From contig NC_058368.1 in assembly GCF_018350175.1 (NCBI RefSeq), positions 2,790,001 to 2,854,000 of the forward strand: DNA of 64,000 bases. The letters run 5' to 3'. The translations under genes were made by a program, and so were the position numbers. Shown piece after piece: positions 37,945 to 50,195 of this stretch; position 1 is the stretch's first letter, and each line of letters starts with the position of its first letter. The notes below the pieces were generated by a model, which ran no database searches, was not told the origin of the DNA, and was given only the letters and a program-made list of their open reading frames with translations. Origin of the DNA: Felis catus. Lineage: Eukaryota.

Positions 37945-38610
37945 TAATCCTCCAACTCGGTCTCTATGCTGTAGCCATAGTCATCTTTACCGCATAGGAT
38001 GTCTTCTTTCTTTATTAAAAAAGTTTTTTTTTTTAACGTTTATTTGTTATCGCCAGACAGAGAGAGATAGAGCATGAGCAGGGGAGGGGCAGAGAGAGAG
38101 GGGGAGACACAGCGTCCAAAGCAGGCTCTGGACTCTGAACTGTCAACACAGAGCCCGATGCGGGGCTTGAGCTCACAGACTGCGAGTTGATGACCTGAGC
38201 TGAAGTTGGATGCTTAACCCACCGAGCCACCCAGGTGCCCCTCTCTCTTTTTTGCATTACGCTTTGGATAAAATAAAAGTTCTTAATGTGTCCTGTGGGC
38301 TACCTGGGATCTGGCCCCTATTCGTCCTCACGCTCTCACGTCTATTCACTCTTTCTGTCACTCATTGCATGCTAGTTTTTGCTTTGGCCTGAAACCTGCA
38401 CACATACTCTCCCTCAGCCTGGAAGCCTCTTCCTTGCGTCCTTCCTTCGCTTCTCAAATCGAATGCCATTTCTTCAAAGTCTTTCCTCATACCACATGTA
38501 AATTAGGTCCCTCTCTTAACAATCTCACGCGTTTGCTTTTAAGGCATGCACATCAGCTTCTAGCTGTATTTTGTTTCCTTCTTTTGTGTCTGATTCCCTT
38601 GAATCAGACC
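37945..38610 (+). mobile_element. L2 fragment split by a Can-SINE
   Basis: 'ggataaaataaaagttcttaatgtg...gatctggcccct', 'ccctcagcctggaagcctctt', 'tctcaaatcgaatgccatttcttc'. Confidence 0.7.
38010..38241 (-). mobile_element. Can-SINE
   Basis: Full body ending gagccacccaggtgcccc on the + strand. Confidence 0.96.
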
Positions 38611-41229
38611 GAGGTGGAAGATTACTCGCTCATTACTAAGCAATGTCAAGCTCCACGCTGCGGGAACTATGGCAGGTCTGCTACCCTGGAAAGCCTACTG
38701 TCTAGTATGGGGCTCGCACATGGTGTGAGGGGTGAAATCTTTGGTTCACGAGTGGATTGTTATCTTGGATACTCTTCATCCCCAGCAAAGTAAGTGCTCA
38801 AGAATATTTTTAGGACAGATAGGATCTTGGGAATTGACTGAATGGACTTCCCATCTTACTCCATTTTGCCCACCTCGGCTCCTTTCTTAGAAATGTCCCG
38901 CAGCCTGTCTGATGGTATCCAGGAAGGTCCTTGTAGGTTTCGGGGAGAAACAGCCCTTACTCTTGTCATTTTTCAGCATCTCTTTTCGATGTGACCTGAT
39001 GACCCTGATAGCAGCCAAATGTAATTTAGACGGATTAGAACATTGGCTTCTTTTCAGGAGCTCACAGAAGCCTTGGAATGGAGACAGTCCAGAAATCTAC
39101 ACATAGCCACATTAGCCAATCTCTAGAAATGTCTGTTTTTAAACAGCACGAGCTTGTTTTCTCTTGTTACTAGAGAGTTAGATCTCTTCAGGTTACCATC
39201 CTTCCTGAGACATCTTAGGGGAAAGTAGACGAAGGATCTGTTTTCAGCGTAGCAGGAATTTTGAGAGAGGAAATATGCTTAAATGTATGGGTCCTGGACA
39301 AAATTTGGTCATTAGTTCGATCCAAATTCCGTTTCTCAGAAAAAGAAAAGATTCTAAGGACACGTGGATGAAATTCATCAGGCGATTCCAAAAGAGATCG
39401 AAGCAAACACAAAATGTGTCAAACCCATCATCCAAGCTCGATAATTAGTTCATCAGTTTGGCAAGATCGGTAACCGCCTACAAGGAGCCACATATTGTGT
39501 TAAGGCCTGGGAGCCCACCGAGACAGATGAGGTCACCAAGCTGCTGTCACCTCAGCAGGAAAACATACATTCTCATGGCTAACGTTGAAATGACGTAAGC
39601 TTTCCCGGTGATGGGACACAGAAGAGGGACGGTGCCGGCTTGGCAGGAGAACCCCTACCTACGCCTCCCCTTGGAGAAACCAGGGAGACTTTTTCCTTCG
39701 AGCGGACGGCGGGTCCAATTTTGACAGGCAAAAGCACACAGGCAGCTGTTTCTTTTTCCCTCTGGTGACTCTGCGACTACTTTACAAAGGACAACGTTTA
39801 GCTAGAGGGGCGTGTGACTTGGTATTGCTTAGCTGGTGTGGCTTCCAGAGTCGTGGGCAATTTCTTTCCTTTCTTTCCCAAAGCCAGGACATCTCCTGAA
39901 GCCTAGAATTGAGACCTGAATTCCCTTAATTTTCAGCCCTTTAGATGAAAGCTTGGCCCACCGTTTCCACGGCAATGCCCTCCTGGCAAGTATCTCGGTG
40001 GAATCTTACCTGCTGGGCACAACTTCCTATGAACAGGCTTTTCTTGTTACTTCTTGAGAGTAAAATTTGGGTCCACAGGAAAGACGAGATTGCTGAGACC
40101 CTAGTTTGTGGTGTGTGGGTGTGTGTGTGGGGGGTTGGGTAGAGGTAGGAAAAGGTAATAGTGAGGAGAGGTGGGGGTGGGGGCGGTGAGGGAAGATAGG
40201 AGTGGGGGGAGGTGGGGGGTGGGTCATCGGCAATGCTTGGTTGGTGGAGCTGACTGGGGAGAGCCTCATAAAGGGTACAAAACTGAGTCGGGGGCATACA
40301 AGGTCTGCTTCATAATTTGTCAGTGTGGTTCTGTTCACAGGGCATTGCATGACTATCGCTCTTTAAATGGAGGTTAAAATCTCCTGTAGAGCAGTCCCCA
40401 CAATGCAAACCCATTCATTCAATTATGTGAAAAACACCCAGATGTTAGTCTCAATCAACTTTTAAGGTCCTTCTTGAGATGCTGGGAGTAAATATGCCCA
40501 GCGACGCTAACAGCATGGGTTGCCAGGAATCTGGGCGGTGGCCCTTCCTTCTCTCTCTTCAGGACCCCAGCGAACTGGAGGTTTAACAAAACCTCAGCGA
40601 ACCTGAAGTATTCTAGAAGTCTTCTCATGCGACATTTTCGTTTTTAAAAAGAAAAATGAAAAAAAAAATAAAAAGAGAAATGAAGGTGGGTTTCCTGCGG
40701 TGACTCCCTCAGGGTCCCCTGAGCAGCATGCCCAGGGTCCACCCACCCCAAGTTGCAAGAGACCCAGGAGACGGAGAGACAGTGCCCGCGGCCACCGCCC
40801 ACGCCCACGCAGGAGCTGTCCAGGAGAGGGCCAGACACCTAATGGTGGAGTGCAGCTCGCTGTGGAACCTTCTAGAACAGAGATTCGTGTAAAGGGCCGT
40901 GGGAGCTCGGCGAGGGGAGCAGAGAGTTCTGCCCGGGGCAGGAGGGGTATTAAGACCTCGCCCCCTTCCTTGCTTGCCTGGGTCTCCTTTGCTGGGTTCA
41001 GACGCATCTCCCCGGCCTCAGGCTCTCCCTCTTCAGCCTGCTTTCTTGTTGACCCCGAGTCTCCTCACAAGCAGGTAGCGAGAGATGAATGGGGTTGTGT
41101 AAATAACCCAGTGCCACAATGCCCGGGCCTCAGCCGGTGGAGGGGCCAGGACGGGCAGCCGCTGTTTTGTTTGATCTGCCCTTTACAGCTTCCCCCAGGA
41201 TCCCACAAAGTCAGTAACTTTGAAATAGT

Positions 41230-41890
41230 TAACGAGGAAAAAAGAGGCGTGTTATTAAAGCGGTTCAGCAAGCCAGAGCATCGAGGCGGCTGTGTTTCTA
41301 GTGCTGGAAGGGCCCGTATTATCTTGGATTTTATATCCTCCGCTCCGATCACTAAGCCGTCGTTCCCGAAACGAGCGCCTTTGAAAGGGGGAGAAATGCA
41401 CAAAGGAAAGCAAACCTTTGGGTTGAAGTGCCCTCCTTCCGCTTCGCGTTAACGGCGCCCTCCTCCCACGGCGCTCTGCCCTGCAGCCCACGGGGTCTTT
41501 GCACACATTTGCCCAGAGGACGCCGCAGCGTGTCAGCATGGAACGTTCCTCTTCTTCTCCCCAAAGCGGCCCGTTTGACGTCCGAGGCCAACAGCCCGAG
41601 CCGGGGCTCAGATCGAGCCTCCGGCGGCACCCGGGAGGGTCCTGGGGCTGGCAGGACACGCTTCTCACCACCGAGGGGACACGCTACTCGGTGCTTCGGG
41701 CCTGGACACCAGGTGAGAGTCTGAAGTCGGCTGTGATGGCTCAGGGTGTCTGCTCAACAGGATCCTCGGCTGCTTGCAAGGGCGCAACTCGGACAACCGT
41801 CCTGCGCCTCTTCTCCTTTCCCAGTGTGGTCTGAGGAGCCCGTGTTCGGGTCCGTCCATCCCAGAGCCTGGGCAAAATCACGGCCAGAGC
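41230..41890. promoter_or_regulatory. CpG-island-like region
   Basis: GC above 60% by eye; hand count gives about 36 CpG in 41401-41880; lies in a repeat-free stretch. Confidence 0.6.
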
Positions 41891-44299
41891 TCTCCTGGCT
41901 ACACTGTGCCTTTTACAGCTGTATAGTCCTTGGATTTTCTATTTAAAATGTTCATGCATTTTTCTGTTGTTATTAGTTAAAAAAAAAAAAGCCTGTCTAA
42001 AATGATCAGAATGCCTGGGTACTTCGTTCAGGGCCAGCAGGTTAGAAACGGGGAGGCTGAGTTTTGCTCCGACGTGCTTTATGGAGGAAGAGGAAAGGGG
42101 TGGAAGAAGTAAGTGTCTAAGGGCCAGCTGAAGACAGGACCACGGGAACACAGGCGTCTCCAGAGTCCAGAAACAGGAGGGCCAGAGAGCTTCCTCAGCT
42201 CTCCCCTTCCCGCCCCTGCCTCTCTGGAGAGGGCCATTCACGCTCACCCCTCAAGCTCAGCTCGGATTTCAGGCCTGCTCCGAATCCTCTGATCTCCGCC
42301 TCCTCCCCCAGAGTTCAGAGGGATTGCTTTGGGTGACCATAGCCTGTCGTGTCCCTCGCAGCCCCTCCATGTCGGAGACTGACCGTGGCTCCCACGTTCA
42401 GCTCACCTCTCCAGGGTGAGCCGTAGCTGTCCTTCTCTCTGGGCACCTGTGCCTGGAATAATAGCTGGCACAGAGCAGTGACAGTGCCGATGGTGGGTCA
42501 TACTTCCAAGAACGACCCGGGATCGGTTCTATTCGCCGAGGGGGGTCTACGTGGCAGCGTGAGGTGCCTGAACTTGAGCAAACACATTTAACCCTCTCAA
42601 AAATGCCTCACGTTAGATCTTTGTGGACCTTGTTCAAGGTCATGCAGCTAACACGGGACAGCGCCCGGCTATGGGACTTCGCAGCCCGTGCTCTTTACCT
42701 GCTAAACCGATTGAGGGGCGATGAATGAAACCAAGTTCTGGCAACAGCAGAGCTGGCCCAAAGATAGGAAATAGACTTCTATGGGTCAGAGGCGAAGGGA
42801 TGGTATTCTTTTCGGCTCCATTCCACCGACCGAGGTCTTAGACCCTGCCACTTTGGCATTTAGTGCCCCAGAAGCCTGGGGGCGTTTGGACCACTAAAGT
42901 GTCAGAGCACCGGCCTTCACAATGGCCGGGCTCCCTTTCCTCCCGCCCCTTCGTTCTGATGAGGTCCCACAGCTGCTCTGGGGGACATCAGGAGCTAATG
43001 AACTTGGGAGCCAATAGCACCAAAAATGCCCCCAGTTGAATTCAAGCCTCCACCACGGCCGGCTATTTAAGGAAAAGATGGATGAACTAAGAATGATCCC
43101 GGTCACCGCCCGGCAGTGGGGGGTCGGCTGTGCAGCCCACAACTCTGGGTTTCTTTCTTTTATGAGGCGCTAACCCTTCCCAAGATCCTTCGTCCCCCGG
43201 ACGCACACCTATCTGGAGGCATGAATACTGAACGTCCCCTGCAAGCCTTTGGTGTGGATATGGCTTCCTAAAGTGTTCAAACCTGCTCTCTCATTTCTTC
43301 TTTGCCTTTTCTTTTCCTGAATTCCCCAGCAGTCATCCTTCCTGGTGGTGTTTTTGGGCTATGTCCTCTCCTTGCCCTCTTCTCCGAACTCGTGCTCTCC
43401 CCCAGGCTCCGAGCCCGGCCAGAGCCTGACTAGAGTTTGCCTCTCCATGGGCCACGTTAGGCAATCCCCTGGATCACGCTTCTCTCTGCCTCAGGAGTTT
43501 CAGGTGGCCAGTATTGTGTGCTGGTCTGGACAACTACTGGGTTTGAGGTCTTGTACTCAGAGGATCTGTCTGAAGTAGACCATAACTCATTTTAAGTCAT
43601 CCTGCCTCCTTCTTGAAGCAGGAAATACAACGACTCTGGGTGTGGAAGCTTAGCAAAGTCAATAATGGAGTTACATGGTGACATTGAGTTACACCCCCAG
43701 TATGTCAGCCTGTGCTATTCCATTGTGTAGTTTGCAAATGGAGACCAAATTCTCCCGTGAAAAATATTAAATGAGCAACAATGACACGCGAGGTATCTTT
43801 GCCATCCCCGTGTTGCATCAGATGTAGAGAAAGTTGCCCTCCTTTGGGTTGAGACGGATTTGTTAGCCAACTATAATTGTGTACGGATTTGCCCGGCCTC
43901 CTGCGTTTCTGTGGGATTTGGGGCTGAGTGCACTTGCCCCGATCGACTAAGGGAGGGTCGCAGTGTATTTTGTGAGCAACCCTGGGCCAAAGAAGACAGT
44001 TCTTGAAGACATCAACCTTTTGAGCAGCTTCAGAATCACCATCACAGAGCTTGAAGAGACCTTGGAAATCACCACCGCCATGCTCTATCCGCGTCAACGT
44101 ATTTGACATTTTCTCCCCCCTACGGCCTTTGCAGTGCAGTGACGGAGGCATGGGTAGCTGGTGTTAATGCCGGGAATCACTCCAGAGGCATTGTGGCCAG
44201 GGCCTGCTCCCGGGAACCCAGGTAACGTATCTGCAGGGGTGCCCACGATAGAGCATCCTAGCGTGAGGCTCTGTCGCTCCTGGGGGGAAGCCGATGCCA

Positions 44300-44625
44300 G
44301 GGTTCCCTTGTTCACTACAGCAGCGACTGGCCACCTGTGGTTACTAGGCATTAAAGTGTGGCTGGTCCAAACAGATGAGGCATGAGGCGTAGACACTGAC
44401 CTTCAAGGAACTGGTTTGAAAAAAGAACGTAAAATATCTTGTTCATAATATCTTAGAGTGCTTACACCTTGGAATGATAATTCTTTGTGGAACACAGGGT
44501 TAAATAAGACATATTAGTAGAATTGATCTCATCTCTTTCTTTTTATGTTTGAAAATGCGGCCATGAAGAAATTTAAATCACGCGTGGGGCTTGTATTTGT
44601 ACCTTGCGTTATATTTCTGAGAGTC
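44300..44625 (-). mobile_element. MER33 hAT-Charlie element
   Basis: 'ggccacctgtggttact...gtgtggctggtcc...gaaaaaagaacgtaaaatatc...gggttaaataagacatatta...gaaatttaaatcac...ttatatttct' is collinear with MER33. Confidence 0.85.
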
Positions 44626-45544
44626 CTCATATGGAATCGAAGTAGGTGGCCCCAGACCGCATCCGGAGTCCCCTTTTCGGCAGGAGGCAGGGCAGCTGGG
44701 AGAGAGACCGGGGCTGCGGACCAGGAGGTCTCTTTAATAGGGCTTTCCCTCTGAGAAGCAGGGCTTAGTCATTACCTCTTTTGACCTCAGTTTCTGCAAC
44801 TGCCCAATGGGCGATTTAGTCGAAAACTGGTTTGTATGTACTGCCCAGCCCTGAAGAACAGTCACGGATGGCTTCAATGAGGTCCAAGGGCCTCCACCAC
44901 GGGGGACTGAACTCTGCACTAGGGACCTGATGGTTTCGGTTCTGGTTCCGACTCTGCCACTGACCTGCCGTGCAGCTTGGGCCAGATCACCAAGGAGGCA
45001 GCATCTGTGCACCTCTGGTTCCGGCACTTGGTCGTTCTAGAAGGGTAGAGGAAGAGGTGGGCCGTGGATGCCATTGTGCGAACCGGGGCTCGAATGAGAG
45101 AGAGCGTAGTTCACCTCGGCCCTCTTTGGAGTGGACTTTCCCGTTTGGGTGGGAAACTGGAAGATGTGCTCTGCTGTGTGAAGCCAGGAGAGACTCCGTG
45201 GGGTCTTTCTGGAAGCACAGAGGACTCCATCGTGTACTCGGCCCCTGAGTCTGCTTGTTGGCTGGGGTGGACCGCAGGTGGGGCTCTCCAGCTGTGTGTG
45301 GAGCCGGGGCAAGCTCCGTGGGGCCCACGAGAAAGGGTGGAGCTGGGCTAGGACTTCGGCTCTGGCAGGGGAACGAGGAGGGCGCCTAACTCAGCCGTCC
45401 TTGGCAGTGACGGCCGACCTGTCTGACCGCGCACCAGGACCGCGTGGTGTTGGCCACGGAAGGAAAACCCGGCCAGAAAAATGAAAAGAAGAAAGAGGCA
45501 TTGGGAACCTCTTTTAAATATGATCAGGGAGGAAACAGCAAGTG

Positions 45545-45790
45545 AAGTGTTGTGTCATTTGAAGATGCAACGCATGATCTGTTAATTGAAAGCTGCGTCC
45601 CAGGAACATTTGATATCGATACAATTTACTTAACCAAATTACTGTTATTAGTGAGTAGCAATGACAAAGAATTATCCAACATCCACACATTTAATTTTGG
45701 TGATTATTATTTACGCATGATTTATTACCCCCCGTGCAAAGCACAGCTGGAGGGATCACAGAGACGACTCACGGTTTCCTAAGGCCACAT
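45545..45790. promoter_or_regulatory. Candidate conserved non-coding element / enhancer
   Basis: Non-repetitive block with TTAATTG, ATCGAT, TGATTTAT (PBX-HOX-like) and the E-box CAGCTG; inference only. Confidence 0.35.
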
Positions 45791-48002
45791 TTTCGTTTTG
45801 TTTTGTTTTGCCAAAATGATGGGTTTATCGAATCCCGGGATGACAGTCTGCTCCTGATATGTCTCCAGCGCCAAACGCATTGGAGGAAATGCAGGGGCAT
45901 CGAATTATAACTTTGTTTCTAATGAGAGGTTCGACCTTCGCTTTGTTCTGAAACAAGAAGCTCTAACCAGAGATCTTGAGAAGGATACAAGTGTAATACT
46001 TTCTCTAAGACAGTAGTTGCAGACTACAAAGAGGGCAAGGTAACGCCACGTTACATTCCAATCGCTTGAAACGACTTAATTATAGTATTTCTATGATCTC
46101 TAGGAAGGCCGCTTTTCCAGGCCCACGGAAAAGGCTCCTAGCACATTCTTAAGCCTACACAAAAAGAATTTGCATAATTGTTATATTCAGGGAGCAGTGG
46201 AGCAGAGAGGGTCACATTCTTGTCCCCGTATGTAATTCCGGACCAGGCAACACTAGTCCCGTTGCTGGAAACCACCCCTTGCGTGTCTTGGATGGAGCTG
46301 GACAGTAGCAGGCAATATACAGCACAACATACACGTTTAGCTACAATTCTCTCTTCTAGAGAGCTCTCAAGAAGGGTAAGCCTAGTGTATACCAGACAAT
46401 AAACCAAGGCACCGGTAATTACCAATGAAGATGGAACAGTTTAGTTAGGACAGATTAAAAGCAGTCACTGGTCTCCCAGAGGATCACGTTCTCCGAGTTT
46501 CTAAGATTTTCATGAACTGGGAACAACCACGTGAAATGAGTACTTTGGGTGCTGGGAGGAGACACCCAGTGCTGGTTGGAGATACCTTTGCATGGCTTTG
46601 GGATGCAGAGGCCCCTGGCCAGGCCGCTCTGTTGGCCGTTGGACTTGAGCGGGAAAGTGCCCTACTCATCATGATAATGGAAGCCTTCCTGTTCACAGCA
46701 AGCTTCATTATTAATCCATTATCGAGATTTTCATTTGTAAGCTCTGTAGAGTCAGGAGAGACTCCCCCCTGGGTCAGTTGGCAGTTGGTCTCACTGCTTT
46801 CTGTTCCCAGAGAGTCTTCGGCATTTAACACAAATGCCTCTTTTGCCTAATTCTTAAGCAAATGGATAGATTTTTGTTGTCGTTGTTCAGTTGAATGATG
46901 AGGCAAAGACTCCTATCAAGCGGTGCCGGCCACGGGGGGTGGGAGAAGGGGTTGGGTGCTTCAATACCTCTTCCCCATAATCTCCATCAAGTCAGCCTTC
47001 GAACCATCCCAAATAAACACCAGTGCGAGGTGAAAACCGTACCTGCTATGCCAATGAATATCCATGGCAATTCCTCTCAGGCTCTTACCGTCCCAATTAG
47101 ATTGCCACCAGCCTCCTTCTTCACTAAGCTGCTCCTTTGTGGAGATCTAGACACTAGGAAATCTAGACACTTAAATAAAGGGCCCTTTTTCTACCTGCAA
47201 ACTCCTGAAAGCTGTGTCTGAGGGACGATCCGAGCTAGAGCCATCTTTGGGCACCAACCCTAGTCCTAACCTGGGAGACCCTCCTTTGTTCCCATTTCCT
47301 CCCTTTCCCCCCGTGGGTTTCTTTGAATACATTTGAAGGTTTTAAAAATGAAAGCTTTTTCATCCTAAAGTCAAACCGCCTTGCCCTTTAGATGTCTCAA
47401 TCCGTCACGTCAAATCGTGAACTTAGCTTGTTTTATTTCTGTTCCACTTAGATTTGAACATTGATTCGCCCCAGTTTTTGGTAGCAGTTATAACAATTTT
47501 CTGCTAAAGTGCTGCAGAAGAGACCAGTAGGCTCGAGGTTTGATCCCAGTTCTGTGAGAGAGCATCTGTTGTACGTGATGGAACATTTTGGAACATATCT
47601 AGCCTGTGCTTCTTCGACGGATAGAGTGAGAAGCCATCTGAGATACGCTGCAGAGAGAAATTATGTTCTTGAAAGAATTTTGCGCTCTTAGGATGCATGA
47701 GGTTCAACAATCTGCAGGAAACCTCATCAGTGCCATTTTGTTGGCCTTAAATCTCTAGTCACCTGAACCTTGGCTCTTTGCTAATAAGGCAATTATTCGC
47801 GGTGGTATTTTTGAAATGCTGCAAGTTTTCAAAATGCTTTCTGAATCCCCCAAACGGACTCCAGAATGCATTCAGAAAAGGTTTACTATTAAGTGTACAT
47901 AGTTGCTTTCTAAACATTTAGACAGGCAAGGGATGGCATTGATTGTTAATCAAAATTCAATTAGAAACATGGTAGGAGAGTTTGTTCTCTATCCTGAAGA
48001 CC

Positions 48003-48006
<4 letters not shown>

Positions 48007-48056
<50 letters not shown>
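48007..48056. repeat. (CT)n microsatellite
   Basis: Direct inspection. Confidence 0.98.
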
Positions 48057-49379
48057 ATATGCATATACAGTTTACACACATAGAGAAAAACACAAAAACC
48101 CAGACCACGTAGGCTAGAATTTCAACTGTAGCACCTCAGCGGGCTCTTACTAAGCACGTGTGTATGAGCGTATGTGCCTCACTCCACGAATTGCGTATCG
48201 TAGGTTGTGACTCTTCGACAGGGAGTGTTTTTTAGCTTATGAATTTCCTTTAGGTAAGTGTAATGTTTCTTTGCTAAGAAAACAAGTTTTGAAAACAAAG
48301 GACTCTGAAGTGTTGAATAATTGTTAAATCTCAATTGAAATCGAGATTTAAACATCTAAATTTATATTCTACAGAACGTAAACACGTCATGCAAATGTGA
48401 CAACAGAAGATGGTGGGAAAACAAAATGGGAAAGATGACTGGCCCTGGCAGAGTCTCCCTATAGTTAGTACAGGACACTGGACAGATTATTAAATGGTCA
48501 TAGCCTATGGCTCCCTAGCACTTGGTGGTTCAACGGACTTCAAAGCTTATGTCGGTGCAAGAAGAGGTGGCTGGAGACTTTCCTTCAGGGCCCCCAGTAT
48601 GTCCCCGGATGGTTTATATCCATTGTTCCTCCATGCCAAGGTCTTCCCAAGACCCAGAGCATGCGATTGCATAAAGGCTGGGTACGGCTACCACACTGAC
48701 CAGAGATTTACAGGCGACCTCCCCCCTCTGATCCTCTGCCTCTCCGTCATCTGTGTAGAACTCTTTCCTGGCAAACATACCCCGCTTTGTAGAGCTCCCG
48801 CTTCATACAGAAACACTGGTTCGTATTCCAGTTTGGTTATGAGAAGTTGGCTAGTCTGAGTTCTGCTCCCAACAGGTACGGTGTTGCCACACACGGGGTC
48901 TACCCAGCCCTCCCTTCCTCCTCACCCCGGTGTCCTCACTTAGCTCATATCCTTGCGTGTTTGGGTGCATTCATGCGTTCTCCGTTCAAGAGACTCTTTT
49001 CACGTGATAAAAAAAAATAAAGGTTTTCAGTAATTGCAAGTATTTGTCCAGCTCCAAGCCTAGTTGTCTTATGAATTGAGAGTAACGGTTTCTGACGCCT
49101 GCCAATATCTTGGATTCCTTCGTAAATGTTGGCAGTCCCCGCCACTGCGTTCTAGACCTCAGTATACACTTATTGTACCCCTGCTGTATGCACTGTGCTG
49201 ATGGTGGGGGTGGGGTTCCGTTTTTGACCATCTGTTTAACACCCTGTTTTAACTGACCCCAATTCCGAGTCTCTGGGGCCTCTAGCACTAGCCTGCTTTT
49301 CACTAGCACCTCCCTCTGCCACATCCAGAGGTCATGTATCACCCCTGCCTCAGCAGGTGCCTCCTGCACTCTAGATCTT

Positions 49380-50195
49380 GCTTATTGAGATTACCAAGAA
49401 CCAAATAGCTTGAGCTAGAAAACTTAGAATGATTCCCGTTTCTTTCCCTCTATTTCTCCAAAGCAAGAATTGTGGCTTCTGTCTCCTCAATAGCTTTTGG
49501 ATCTATCCCTTCTTCTCTATTCTCAGGTACTGCAGAATGGGTTGCCTATTTGCCTGTGTAAGACTCCTTAATATCTTAAAGATGAGAGATGCCTGGGTGG
49601 CTCTGTCGTTGAGTGTCCAACTCTTGATTCTGGCTCAGGCCATGATCTCATGGTCGTGAGATCAAGCCTTGCATTGGGCTCTCCTTCTCTCTCTCCCTCT
49701 CTCTGCCACCCCCCAAATAAAAATCAAATCAAATCAAATCAAATCAAATCTTGAAGATGAAATCCATATGTTTTTGACAGACAGTCCAGGCGCTTTGTAA
49801 TGAAGCCCCCATCTCTGGGCCCACGCGGACCCTTGTGTCCTGCCATTGTCATTTTTCTTCTCTCATTGAGTATACTTCTCAGTGTCTTGTCTCTGTCTTC
49901 TGCCATGTGCCTGCCACTTCCACTCACGTCCAGCTGGCCCAGTTCTGCTCATACTTACAAGACTCAGGTCATGTTCTTTTGTATTATTCCCCGCCCCATT
50001 TTGACTGTGTTACAATAGCTCTTTCTTTACGCAGGTGGGCAACACGGGATTGTTGTGACACAATTATTGGTTCACACGTTCATCTTTTCACCAGACTGGG
50101 CTTCTTCCAGGGGCAGGACTGTGCTTTAACCATCCGTGGAGCAGAGTCACTAGCGAAAGACAGAAGCTCTATAAATAGTCATTGAGTAAATTTGA
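49380..50195 (+). mobile_element. L2 fragment split by a short Can-SINE
   Basis: 'tctgtctcctcaatagcttttggatctatcccttcttctc', 'ctcatacttacaagactcagg', 'accagactgggcttcttccaggggcaggactgtg'. Confidence 0.7.
49586..49747 (+). mobile_element. Internally deleted older Can-SINE with (AAATC)n tail
   Basis: 'gatgcctgggtggctc...ctcaggccatgatctcatggtcgtgagatcaagcc'; TSD atctt(a/g)aagatga at 49573-49585 and 49748-49760. Confidence 0.92.

Larger units (their letters stand above)
37922..38647. repeat. 42-bp inverted repeat pair (37922-37963 / 38606-38647)
   Basis: Arms match at 37 of 42 positions as reverse complements, by direct alignment. Confidence 0.93.

Noticed and set aside
40700..41452. 250-aa ORF, the longest in the track
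   Set aside because: Non-ATG start in GC-rich DNA where stops are rare; Arg/Pro/Gly/Ser-rich with no recognisable domain
48410..48720. Possible ancient LTR (MamGyp-like) remnant
   Set aside because: Resemblance too weak to assign without a Dfam search
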